IMG/VR virus record: IMGVR_UViG_3300033144_006696
Coordinates: 32,001-96,000 of that record
Source: a virus
Length of the DNA: 64,000 nucleotides
Direction: 5' to 3' (one strand)
Made by a program: the position numbers and the translations under genes. Position 1 is the stretch's first letter. Each line of letters starts with the position of its first letter. A model generated the notes under the pieces. It was not told the DNA's origin. It did no database searches and worked only from the letters and a program-made list of their open reading frames with translations. This document shows positions 56,269 to 64,000 of the stretch, piece by piece.

Positions 56269-57039
56269 TCATATAAGCACTCTTTGTTTTGGTTTTTTCT
56301 CATTTTTTATTGCTTCAATAATTCTATTCTTTGCAATTTTGAAATATTTAGATTCTTTTTCAATACCTATGCCGTTTCTGTTTAAGTTTTTAGCTGCTAC
56401 TATAGTTGTTCCACTGCCCATTGTAAAATCCAAAACTGTTTCGTTTTCATTTGTATATGTTTTAATTAAGTATTCCATTAGTGTTACTGGCTTTTGGGTT
56501 GGGTGTACTGTCCTCCCTAATTCTCTGGGGTAGTTTAAATATGTTATGGGATATTTATATTTATAAGTTTTTTCTGTCCACTTTTTATCAGGATTATTTT
56601 TAACAGGAATAGCTTCGCTTGTTTTTACACTGCCTGCATTAATAGGTTTATCTCTCAGTGTCATTTGTGGGTAATAATTTGGTAATGTTTTTTCTATACT
56701 AAAAACACTGATTGTTTCAATAGTTTTTAATGGCATCCTTTTAACTTGAACAAAATTACTGTCAAATTTTTTATTCCAATACCAATCATACTTATAATTC
56801 TTAATATTACTCATCCGCAAAGCGGAACTGAAAGGTTCACTTCCAAACAATACAATTGCACCATTAGATTTAATTAGTTTATTAAGTCTTAACCACATCT
56901 TATCAAATGGTATAATTGAATCCCATTTGCAGGCAACAATTCCAAATGGTGGATCTGTGATAATAGCGTCTACTTTAATATTATCACAGATCAATTTATC
57001 CATTACATCTAAACAATCACCACGATAAAGTTTTATCAT
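56269..57039 (-). CDS. beta-class N6-adenine/N4-cytosine DNA methyltransferase
   Basis: ITDPPF (motif IV), HPTQKPVTLMEYLI, VLDFTMGSGTT (motif I), GIGIE. Confidence 0.92.
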   Translation of the reverse strand: MIKLYRGDCLDVMDKLICDNIKVDAIITDPPFGIVACKWDSIIPFDKMWLRLNKLIKSNGAIVLFGSEPFSSALRMSNIKNYKYDWYWNKKFDSNFVQVKRMPLKTIETISVFSIEKTLPNYYPQMTLRDKPINAGSVKTSEAIPVKNNPDKKWTEKTYKYKYPITYLNYPRELGRTVHPTQKPVTLMEYLIKTYTNENETVLDFTMGSGTTIVAAKNLNRNGIGIEKESKYFKIAKNRIIEAIKNEKKPKQRVLI

Positions 57040-57050
57040 AATTATCTACT

Positions 57051-57806
57051 TTAATCTATAATTTCAACTTCATATTTCATCAAAGAATCATAAACTCTGA
57101 CATTCAAAACTTTTCTATATTTGTTTGCCATTATTTTAATCTGTTTTTCTTTTTCAATTTTATAAGCATTGAAAGCTTTTTTCGGAGTAGAAAATAATCC
57201 AAGGTGTTTTTGTTTTCCATTAATAGCCACTTTTGCTATATATTTATTTGATGGTTTATGAAAGTATGCCCCAATAGGATATTTACCTCTTGAATTATCC
57301 CCCTTAATTAATAAACAATTAATTGAGTGTGGTACAAAAGAACAATTTTTTGAATTATAATGTTTATTTCCTCTTTTTATTATATCTTTATTCAAATCTA
57401 CTTTTTCATCAAGGAGTTCATAATGATTTTTATTATACCATTCTGCAAAGTTTTGAAAATTCAGCCATTCATCACATATCGTTGCATTTTGATAAGTTAA
57501 ATTTTTATTTATTATATAAGGATCATAACATCTTTGAATCATATTATACCATGTTTCATATTCAATAGTCATTTTACAATTTATTTTTGCTTTATATTTA
57601 CCAATTCCAAGATAACCAGTCTCATAAACAATGGGAAATAATGGATCTTTTACTTCACCATTTTTAAAATTATTGTATTGAGTTTTTATAATACTTCCAG
57701 TTTTAAATTGAACTTTGATATCCATACAACCGTTATATTTAATGATTTCCATTAAACCACAACTACCTTCCCTAATTTCACCTATACGATCAATAAATGT
57801 TACCAT
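57051..57806 (-). CDS. HNH-like/AP2 homing-endonuclease-type protein (intact copy)
   Basis: TWYNMIQRCY..ICDEWLNFQNFAEW..SFVPHSINCLL; YPIGAYF..YIAKVAINGKQKHLGLF AP2-like; likely start ATG 57806. Confidence 0.75.
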   Translation of the reverse strand: MVTFIDRIGEIREGSCGLMEIIKYNGCMDIKVQFKTGSIIKTQYNNFKNGEVKDPLFPIVYETGYLGIGKYKAKINCKMTIEYETWYNMIQRCYDPYIINKNLTYQNATICDEWLNFQNFAEWYNKNHYELLDEKVDLNKDIIKRGNKHYNSKNCSFVPHSINCLLIKGDNSRGKYPIGAYFHKPSNKYIAKVAINGKQKHLGLFSTPKKAFNAYKIEKEKQIKIMANKYRKVLNVRVYDSLMKYEVEIID

Positions 57807-57826
57807 TTTAATTCCCCAAAATAAAA

Positions 57827-57891
57827 ATGGCAGTAAAGTAAATGGGGTGATATATATCAATAAATTGATATCCCATAAACAGAACTGCCAT
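57827..57891 (-). promoter_or_regulatory. Hairpin leader, motif B copy 2
   Basis: ATGGCAGT..GTTTATGGG..ATATCAA/TTGATAT..CCCCATTTAC..ACTGCCAT, then TTTTATTTTGGGG and ATG. Confidence 0.55.
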
Positions 57892-57932
57892 ATTATCTAC
57901 GAATTGTAAACTTGATATCACACAAGTTAATG

Positions 57933-58160
57933 TTAAAATTCAGCGGCGCTGCCACTCATATAAAGTTCATGATGAAACTCTCTGGCGTCCGTTGCAATTT
58001 CTTTATTAGGAGGCTGCTCAATTGCAACGAGTAGGCCCCTAACAAAAGGCTCCCATTCAGCCGGAATTTCATACCCGAATAAGGGGCTATACTCTGGTGG
58101 CTTCAACTGGGGCCGTACTTCAAAATACTTTTTGATTAATTCGTGGTCGATATGTTCCAT
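57933..58160 (-). CDS. Small hypothetical protein with atypically high GC
   Basis: SD GAGG; lines 57961 and 58021 have 25/60 and 29/60 G+C. Confidence 0.55.
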   Translation of the reverse strand: MEHIDHELIKKYFEVRPQLKPPEYSPLFGYEIPAEWEPFVRGLLVAIEQPPNKEIATDAREFHHELYMSGSAAEF

Positions 58161-58215
58161 CTAAAATGTCCTCTTAATAGTATTATTGCATAGATTTGTA
58201 AGATTCACAAGAGAA

Positions 58216-59532
58216 TTAACGATTTAACATATCTTTCAATGTATCAGCATGATCTTTATCGAACCGAAATTCAAGTGAATCAATCTTACCCTGTGATTTC
58301 TTTCTTCTTGGCAAGTAAAGTGAATAGCATTTTGAAGATTTATCCTTGATTAGTCCCTCATAATCAACTGAAATAATTTTACCAATATGCTCATCCCAAT
58401 CCATTGCTCTCATTTCGTCTGAAAATCCAGAAATACTTACTTTCACTTTACCATCTTCTGATTCAACCAATACAGCACCCATCATTTCAGAAAATCTTGT
58501 ATCTTCTTTACCATATTTCCACCCCACAACCCTCATTTCTGCTGTGTCTATATTTTTTAATTTAACCATATCAGGAGAATTGTGGAACTTCCATTTACCA
58601 TTATAATTCTTTATGATGGCACCTTCACGATTAGTTGCTCTCATTCTATCATAAAACTCCCGAGCTTCTTCATAATTTTGTACAATTTCAGTTTCAATAG
58701 CAGTAAACAAATCATTATTAATATGGTGCACAATATTTTTTATTTTTCCCCATCTTTCAATATAGGAAACATTGAACACTTCTTCAAAGAAGGCTTTTTC
58801 ACTTATACAATCCCATACTTTACAAATTATATTTTTTGCATCTTTAAGATCAGCAGTACCTTGTAAACAAGAATTTAAGATTCCATTCCCTGTTTTTCTA
58901 TCAAGAATTTTACCATTTTTTTTAACAAGCAATTCACCATGAATCATTAAATGTTGTGGAAAATCTTTAAATAGTTCAGTAATATGTTCTATTTGGTGAA
59001 TTGCTTTCCAATTTCTTGTTCTTGCCTCGCATTTGCTTGTTGAAAAATTTACAAAACATCCATCAGCTTTTTCTTGGACAAGTGCAGGATATTTTATATT
59101 ATTGATCTTTTTTGAAGTGCTACAACGCATATACGGAGCCGAGAAAACAGTATTTGGTTTTGCTTTATTTATGGACTTCACCCCAAAGCCACATTTACAA
59201 TCTTTCACAACAATCATTTTTACAATATCGTAAGTTTTTTGATCAATACTTGCCAATTGCACAAGCATTGCTTTATCTAAATTAGTAGTTCCTTTTTGTG
59301 TTGCCAGAAGTTCCAGTAAATCAAACAATTCCTTATTCCCTTTGGTGTGAAATCCTCTCTTCATTGGAGGCATTTTCTTAATACCATATTGGTAATTTGA
59401 ATCATAAATAAATTTAATAACTCTTAGAAAAGTTTCATCCTCAAGAAATTCTTTAAGTTTATCAATCTTGTCATTGGTCCCTGGTGTATTTTTAATTTCC
59501 ATTAAGAAATCGTAATGCTCTTTTAAACTCAT
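58216..59532 (-). CDS. ATP-dependent DNA ligase (T4 gp30-like)
   Basis: QEKADG (motif I), IHGELL, EGAIIKN..W..VKLK, OB-fold MGAVLVES..KVSISGFSD..SLYLPR. Confidence 0.93.
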   Translation of the reverse strand: MSLKEHYDFLMEIKNTPGTNDKIDKLKEFLEDETFLRVIKFIYDSNYQYGIKKMPPMKRGFHTKGNKELFDLLELLATQKGTTNLDKAMLVQLASIDQKTYDIVKMIVVKDCKCGFGVKSINKAKPNTVFSAPYMRCSTSKKINNIKYPALVQEKADGCFVNFSTSKCEARTRNWKAIHQIEHITELFKDFPQHLMIHGELLVKKNGKILDRKTGNGILNSCLQGTADLKDAKNIICKVWDCISEKAFFEEVFNVSYIERWGKIKNIVHHINNDLFTAIETEIVQNYEEAREFYDRMRATNREGAIIKNYNGKWKFHNSPDMVKLKNIDTAEMRVVGWKYGKEDTRFSEMMGAVLVESEDGKVKVSISGFSDEMRAMDWDEHIGKIISVDYEGLIKDKSSKCYSLYLPRRKKSQGKIDSLEFRFDKDHADTLKDMLNR

Positions 59533-59540
59533 AATTCTCC

Positions 59541-60011
59541 TTATTTCCAGTTAAATTTCCATTCAGTGAAGTTTTTGCAAGAAACAATATTACCAATCTC
59601 TGAAAATAATGCTATTGTATCCAGATCTGGGTATAATCCTGAATAAACAATTCTTTTTGGTTTTATTCCCAAAAGCATCTTTGCACAGATAATACAGGGA
59701 GAATGTGTAATATAAATATCACAACCTTTTATATTGACACCTGTGATTGCTGCTTGAATAATGAGGTTTTGTTCTGCATGATCAGCAAAACATTTCTCAT
59801 GCTGCTTTCCTGATGGAATATTCTGTTCATCTCTTAGACAACCACCCCTATCTTCACAATGCATTATATTGGGTGGCGCACCATTGAAACCAGTGGCAAG
59901 ACATCGTTTATCTCTCACAGCAACAGCCCCTACATTACGACGTAGACAGGTAGATCTGGTAGCAACTAATTGTGTTTGTTTTATCCAATACTCATCCCAA
60001 GACTCTCTCAT
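59541..60011 (-). CDS. dCMP deaminase
   Basis: RSTCLRRNVGAV..ATGFNGAP..HAEQNLI..HSPCIICAK. Confidence 0.93.
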   Translation of the reverse strand: MRESWDEYWIKQTQLVATRSTCLRRNVGAVAVRDKRCLATGFNGAPPNIMHCEDRGGCLRDEQNIPSGKQHEKCFADHAEQNLIIQAAITGVNIKGCDIYITHSPCIICAKMLLGIKPKRIVYSGLYPDLDTIALFSEIGNIVSCKNFTEWKFNWK

Positions 60012-60803
60012 TTGAATTCCGCCTTTAGTTTATTGCAAAACCATACTTGACCTAAAGGAGTTATCATGATTCTTTTTGAAAGACGAATACCAAAAGAAGT
60101 ATGATATGTCGTTTCTACAACAATAAGGAATTGTCTTTCTATTATGTGCTGATAGGGTAAATTGTTATCCATGATATATTTTTGAGTACGCATCCATTTA
60201 TAAAGACGATTCCTACCAATAGGGATAAATTGGTCTTTAACCAATTTTGCAAATGTCTCGAAATCAATTGCATCATTACTCTTTGTAACTTGTTCTGCAA
60301 ATTCAACTAATGGACGATCTTCTTTTATCTTTTCTTCTAATATTTCATTTTTTTCAATTTCATCAGCAAGTTGTCTGAGATGTTCAGAATAAGTTTTTTT
60401 AGTAAATGAATATGATCCAGTTTTTCTGATTGTAGGCAAAACTTCATCAGTTACCCAATCTTGAAAATCTACAGCACTTGGAAGATGTGAACGCATAATC
60501 AATCTATATAAATCTTTTTCATTAATAATCTGTATTCCCCTTGGAGGAACTTCAAATGGAAATTTCAGAGACTCCGCAATGTCTTGTTTGAGTATTTTCA
60601 AATACTTACAATGCATTCTGATAGCTTTTCCAGTGTCTTTGTATCCAAGTTTATCTGCTACTTCTCTTCCAATAAACCAAACATCATTGTCATCAGAAAT
60701 GACTGTTAAACTACCAAATAGATCATGCATAAATTCTTTAACTTCTGCGGATTTTGTAAATTTTGCTGGTGATGTAATTCTCTGTAATTTTTTTATTTTT
60801 CAT
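60008..60803 (-). CDS. Bro-N + ANT antirepressor-like protein (second copy), +1 frameshift at codon 5-6
   Basis: SD AAGGAG precedes ATG 60803; removing one A from A7 (60788-60794) gives MKNKKLQRITSPAK..FMHDLFGSL, like the paralogue start MKKLQRI; the internal ATG 60730 is an alternative start. Confidence 0.75.
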
Positions 60804-60830
60804 TCTCCTTTAAATACTTCTTAATAGTTT

Positions 60831-60995
60831 TCAACTAAATTTCCATTTCATAAAGTTTTTGTTTGTCATAATTAATTTACTAACTTCAGATAATAAATCA
60901 ATTGAATCAGCATCTATGCTACGATGTAAACATGTAGATCTGGCAGTAACCAATCGTGTTTGTTTTAACCAATATTCATCCCAAGATTCTCTCAT
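60831..60995 (-). pseudogene. Internally deleted duplicate of dCMP deaminase (54 aa)
   Basis: MRESWDEYWLKQTRLVTARSTCLHRS + IDADSIDLLSEVSKLIMTNKNFMKWKFS matches the N- and C-termini of 59541-60011; catalytic core absent. Confidence 0.75.
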
Positions 60996-61006
60996 TTTTC
61001 TCCATG

Positions 61007-61201
61007 TTATTCAGGAACATTGTACATTATGCATTCTTTTACATCTGCAAGAGGGACCATCTTCATAATTCCTTTTCCAATCCAAAATACAACTCTATCA
61101 TTCTGACCAAAAGACGCATATGGGATTTTCTTTTTTTCATAAACTGTACCATTTTTCATTTTAATTGTAATTGTTATTTCTTCATTCATCGTTTTTTCCA
61201 T
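61007..61201 (-). CDS. Hypothetical protein
   Basis: 64-aa ORF with SD AAGGAG. Confidence 0.5.
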   Translation of the reverse strand: MEKTMNEEITITIKMKNGTVYEKKKIPYASFGQNDRVVFWIGKGIMKMVPLADVKECIMYNVPE

Positions 61202-61488
61202 TCTCCTTTTTTAAATAATTCCATTCGTCTGTAAAATTCAACTTGATATTCTTTTTCATCACCAAAACAAGGAGCACATAGTACAGACATACATGATCTG
61301 TTATTTGATCTCGTTGATCAGTGTCATCATATCCTCCTTCAACTATTTCAAGGAGTAGATCAGAAGGAAGACCACTTTCTTTTACCTGTTCTGGTGTAAA
61401 CTCAAACCCCCAAACATTTTGTTACTTCTTTCCATTTTTCATCAGAGATTATTTTCATCAATTTTGTATTCACATCTTTAAGAAACAA
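61186..61488 (-). pseudogene. Frameshifted hypothetical ORF
   Basis: SD AAGGAGG + TTG; stops after KCLGV but continues in another frame FEFTPEQVKESGLPSDLLLEIVEGGYDDTDQRD. Confidence 0.4.
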
Positions 61489-61651
61489 TTTATACCTCCT
61501 TCAGTTTATGTACTTGTTTTTCAAGACATTCAATTTTTTCTGGAATTCTAAATACATCAATTTTTGATTTGTATTTTAAATGGGCTATTTCATTATAAGT
61601 CAGAAACATTCCAGCATGAGGGCGTCTATGAATTGAAATCTTGTAGTTTTT

Positions 61652-61792
61652 TCATTTTTCATTTTTTTTTAAATATTTTTTAATAGTTTTTAATAAAACT
61701 TCTGTCATGGTCGTTCCATTTTTTAATGCTGCAATTCTAAATCGCAATCTAAGATCAGATGGAATTTTTATTGTAATTGTAGGTGATTTCAT
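61652..61792 (-). CDS. Ribbon-helix-helix repressor-like protein (46 aa, not in the ORF track)
   Basis: MKSPTITIKIPSDLRLRFRIAALKNGTTMTEVLLKTIKKYLKKNEK; SD AAGGA. Confidence 0.75.
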   Translation of the reverse strand: MKSPTITIKIPSDLRLRFRIAALKNGTTMTEVLLKTIKKYLKKNEK

Positions 61793-61812
61793 TGTAATTT
61801 CCTTTTATTACG

Positions 61813-61862
61813 CTAACACTGCTATAATATCTATTAATAGCAGTGTTAGTATGCAATGTCAA
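61813..61862 (-). promoter_or_regulatory. Promoter with overlapping 13-bp inverted repeat (operator)
   Basis: TTGACA-N17-TATTAA; CTAACACTGCTAT / ATAGCAGTGTTAG at 61813-61825 and 61837-61849. Confidence 0.65.
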
Positions 61863-61930
61863 GCGAATTTTTATAAAAAAAGCTAATATAATATAAAAGT
61901 GTATTAGTTTTAAAAAGTACATAAGTCATT

Positions 61931-62215
61931 TTACTTTTTTAGTGTCAAAACTGCTTCAGATTTTAATGTGATTGGTGCTATTGGTTCAGGTAATGAATCA
62001 ATAGAAATACTTATTGGATTATTATTTTTCAATTTTAATGGGTATTTAATATTGCCTTTTTTCAATTGAAATATTGCAGGAAAAAGTACTTCTGCATAAT
62101 TCAAATGTAAATTGTGTGTTCTGAAACTTATAGAATCCATGCTTCTTGTAATTGTGTAATCTTGAAAATACATATTTCTCTCAACATTGATAGTAAATAT
62201 ATTGACATCTTTCAT
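61931..62215 (-). CDS. Hypothetical protein
   Basis: 94-aa ORF coupled to the endonuclease VII gene. Confidence 0.45.
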   Translation of the reverse strand: MKDVNIFTINVERNMYFQDYTITRSMDSISFRTHNLHLNYAEVLFPAIFQLKKGNIKYPLKLKNNNPISISIDSLPEPIAPITLKSEAVLTLKK

Positions 62216-62216
62216 T

Positions 62217-62765
62217 TTACTTTCCTTTTAAAAATGAAGGTTTTAATTTAAATTCTTCATAGAATTTTTTGAGAGTTTTTGAAAGTTTTTTACCATTTTT
62301 TTCATCTTGTGCATTATAAATAAAACAAGAAGGAATTTTTCTATTTGAATAATTTACTTGAAAAAGCTTCATGAGTTTTTTAACACTGGTCTTTTTTAAT
62401 CGTTTGGGTTTAGGAGCTTCAGAAGGATGAAGATATTGAAGATGAGTTAAAGGTGGATTTTCAATAAAATCTGCCAGATTTCTAAGAAATTCAGGAAGTG
62501 AAATATTAAATTTATGCAGTCCTACCCTGATATATGAATTGGCTATCTTACCTTCTATTGAATTAGAAGCTCTATGAATTACACCACGAATTAATCCAAT
62601 TTCATTAGGTTTTCCAAGATTTTTTGCATTATTAGCATGCTGATGATCTACCACCATATCTTCTACAGGAAATTTCATTTTGAGAATAGGGCATATTCCA
62701 TTTTGTTTTTTATGAAAAAATGCCCTAATCTTTTTTAAATCTTTTTGTTTAAGTTGTTTTGACAT
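62217..62765 (-). CDS. Recombination endonuclease VII-like (T4 gp49 family) resolvase
   Basis: QNGICPIL..VVDHQH..IRGVIHRASNSIEGKI..FLRNLADFI..HP. Confidence 0.8.
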   Translation of the reverse strand: MSKQLKQKDLKKIRAFFHKKQNGICPILKMKFPVEDMVVDHQHANNAKNLGKPNEIGLIRGVIHRASNSIEGKIANSYIRVGLHKFNISLPEFLRNLADFIENPPLTHLQYLHPSEAPKPKRLKKTSVKKLMKLFQVNYSNRKIPSCFIYNAQDEKNGKKLSKTLKKFYEEFKLKPSFLKGK

Positions 62766-62991
62766 ATTTATTCTTTTGCATTAAAAATAACGTCTAACGC
62801 TTGTTTAATCTTCTGCCCACTGTATGACGTAGGTACCATATTAAAAGCTTCACAGAGGAGAAATAAAGCTTCTTTTTTTTGGAGATAATGAATCAATCAT
62901 GCATCTCTTATTTCTACATTTAGGACACATAGATAAATCTTGTTTATTAAATCTGATAAAACCACATATAGTACATCGACAATGCTTTTTT

Positions 62992-63186
62992 TTATCTGTC
63001 ATAATAATCCTCAATAAGTTCTTCACCAGTTTCAATAATAAAACCAATATCTCCACATGTACATTGTATTTCTTTAAGAAGTACATGCTCAGGTCTGATT
63101 GCCATCCATCTATATAAACATTTTAAGCAAATAACTTCAGACAGTTTGTGAGACATATTGGTTTCAATAGGTACTATATCTGCCAT
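62992..63186 (-). CDS. Small Zn-binding protein
   Basis: SEVICLKCLYRW..IQCTCG. Confidence 0.55.
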   Translation of the reverse strand: MADIVPIETNMSHKLSEVICLKCLYRWMAIRPEHVLLKEIQCTCGDIGFIIETGEELIEDYYDR

Positions 63187-63623
63187 TATTTCAATCCTTT
63201 ATTTTTCTTTTTAAAAACCCAATTGAATTTCTTTTTTGACCATTTAGCAACTGCTTTAACAGAACTATCTGAACTTATCTCCCAGACAAAATCACCATCA
63301 TCACCAATTTCATCAAGAGCTTGATCCATAATGTCAAATATTCCAGCACTATATGTTGAAAATTCTCTTCCCATTTCATTGCCAATTGCATACTTTTTAA
63401 TACTGTATCGCAACTTCTCTATTGATGGTGATGGTAATGGGCCAATCCAACCAAAAATAACTTTCTTGTAAGGTTGATCAGATCCAGGCCGACTCCATTT
63501 ATTATCAGAAGACCAGACCAATAATTCCTTCTTAGGATAGGGAGCATTGCCAATATCAGAATAAACCACATAAGTACCTATTTTAGTTGGATATCCTGTT
63601 CTGATATTAATTTTCATATTCAT
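63186..63623 (-). CDS. Hypothetical protein
   Basis: GYPTKIGTYVVY..GWIGPLP. Confidence 0.5.
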   Translation of the reverse strand: MNMKINIRTGYPTKIGTYVVYSDIGNAPYPKKELLVWSSDNKWSRPGSDQPYKKVIFGWIGPLPSPSIEKLRYSIKKYAIGNEMGREFSTYSAGIFDIMDQALDEIGDDGDFVWEISSDSSVKAVAKWSKKKFNWVFKKKNKGLK

Positions 63624-63792
63624 TCTTATTCTTCAATGCTCTATCGCTATAATCTCGATATACTTTATTTCCACATCTAAAACAATAGCAAGGAGATGTT
63701 TTTGAAGATCTTGCTGTATCATAGCTACATTTTGTACATGGTTTATACCATCTATCATAATCTTTTAGCTTATATGTCTTTTTATTATTCAT
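63607..63792 (-). CDS. Small Zn-ribbon protein
   Basis: CTKC..CFRCG. Confidence 0.5.
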   Translation of the reverse strand: MNNKKTYKLKDYDRWYKPCTKCSYDTARSSKTSPCYCFRCGNKVYRDYSDRALKNKNEYEN

Positions 63793-63796
63793 TATT

Positions 63797-64000
63797 TTAC
63801 CTCAACTTTAATGATTTACACCAAAAATCAATATCTGAAAGAATTGCTTTAAAATTATACTTTTCTGCAATCCTGATTAATCCTTTCTTTTTCAATCTAT
63901 CAGGGCGAATAGAATATTTTGGTGTGCCTCTGAATGGTAATATTACCAATGCTTTATTACGATTTATTACGTCCTTACCGCGTCGACTTTCAATTGCTTT
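63797..64000 (-). CDS. C-terminal end of a probable phage 5'-3' exonuclease/RNase H (partial)
   Basis: Open frame from the window end: KAIESRRGKDVINRNKALVILPFRGTP..FKAILSDIDFW. Confidence 0.45.
   Translation of the reverse strand, partial: KAIESRRGKDVINRNKALVILPFRGTPKYSIRPDRLKKKGLIRIAEKYNFKAILSDIDFWCKSLKLR

Noticed and set aside
1571-60824. Short ORF-track entries overlapping real genes on the opposite strand or another frame (e.g. 1571-1810, 4283-4585, 11516-11908, 31215-31637, 44209-44529, 55332-55743, 60579-60824)
   Set aside because: Shadow ORFs: no SD, no motifs, and nested in well-supported genes or antisense to them
1-64000. tRNA genes, integrase, repressor, terminase, DNA polymerase
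   Set aside because: I recognised no T-loop/cloverleaf or corresponding protein motifs by eye; they may lie outside the window, so lifestyle cannot be decided

Overview
The window is part of an AT-rich tailed dsDNA phage genome, siphovirus-like (tail tube plus long tape measure, no sheath), organised as two convergent arms. The + arm (1-37004) is morphogenesis and lysis: portal (partial), scaffold, P22-type major capsid, head-tail connectors, tail tube, frameshifted tail chaperones, a 1754-aa tape measure, tail tip/fibre genes, holin-like genes, DUF1353 and lysozyme. The - arm (37085-64000) is DNA metabolism and regulation: ThyX, dNMP kinase, MazG-like, nucleotidyltransferase, Mre11 with a split Rad50, two DNA methyltransferases, ATP-dependent ligase, dCMP deaminase, endonuclease VII, three antirepressor-like genes, HNH-AP2 paralogues and many small ORFs. 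I did not see a terminase, integrase, tRNA, CRISPR array or reverse transcriptase. The most striking unexplained signal is a covarying pseudoknotted three-way-junction RNA leader (P1-UAG-P2-GAAA-P3, with the P3 loop pairing downstream). It occurs four times, each directly 5' of an unrelated free-standing nuclease or DNA-binding gene; three copies have a TTGACT-N17 promoter upstream. Other structured elements are YUGRG tandem hairpins before the scaffold and capsid genes, a second hairpin leader on two HNH-AP2 genes, and a c4-like cloverleaf before antA. Accessory genes show many small frameshifts while core genes are intact. All family calls come from motif recognition by eye; no database searches were run.
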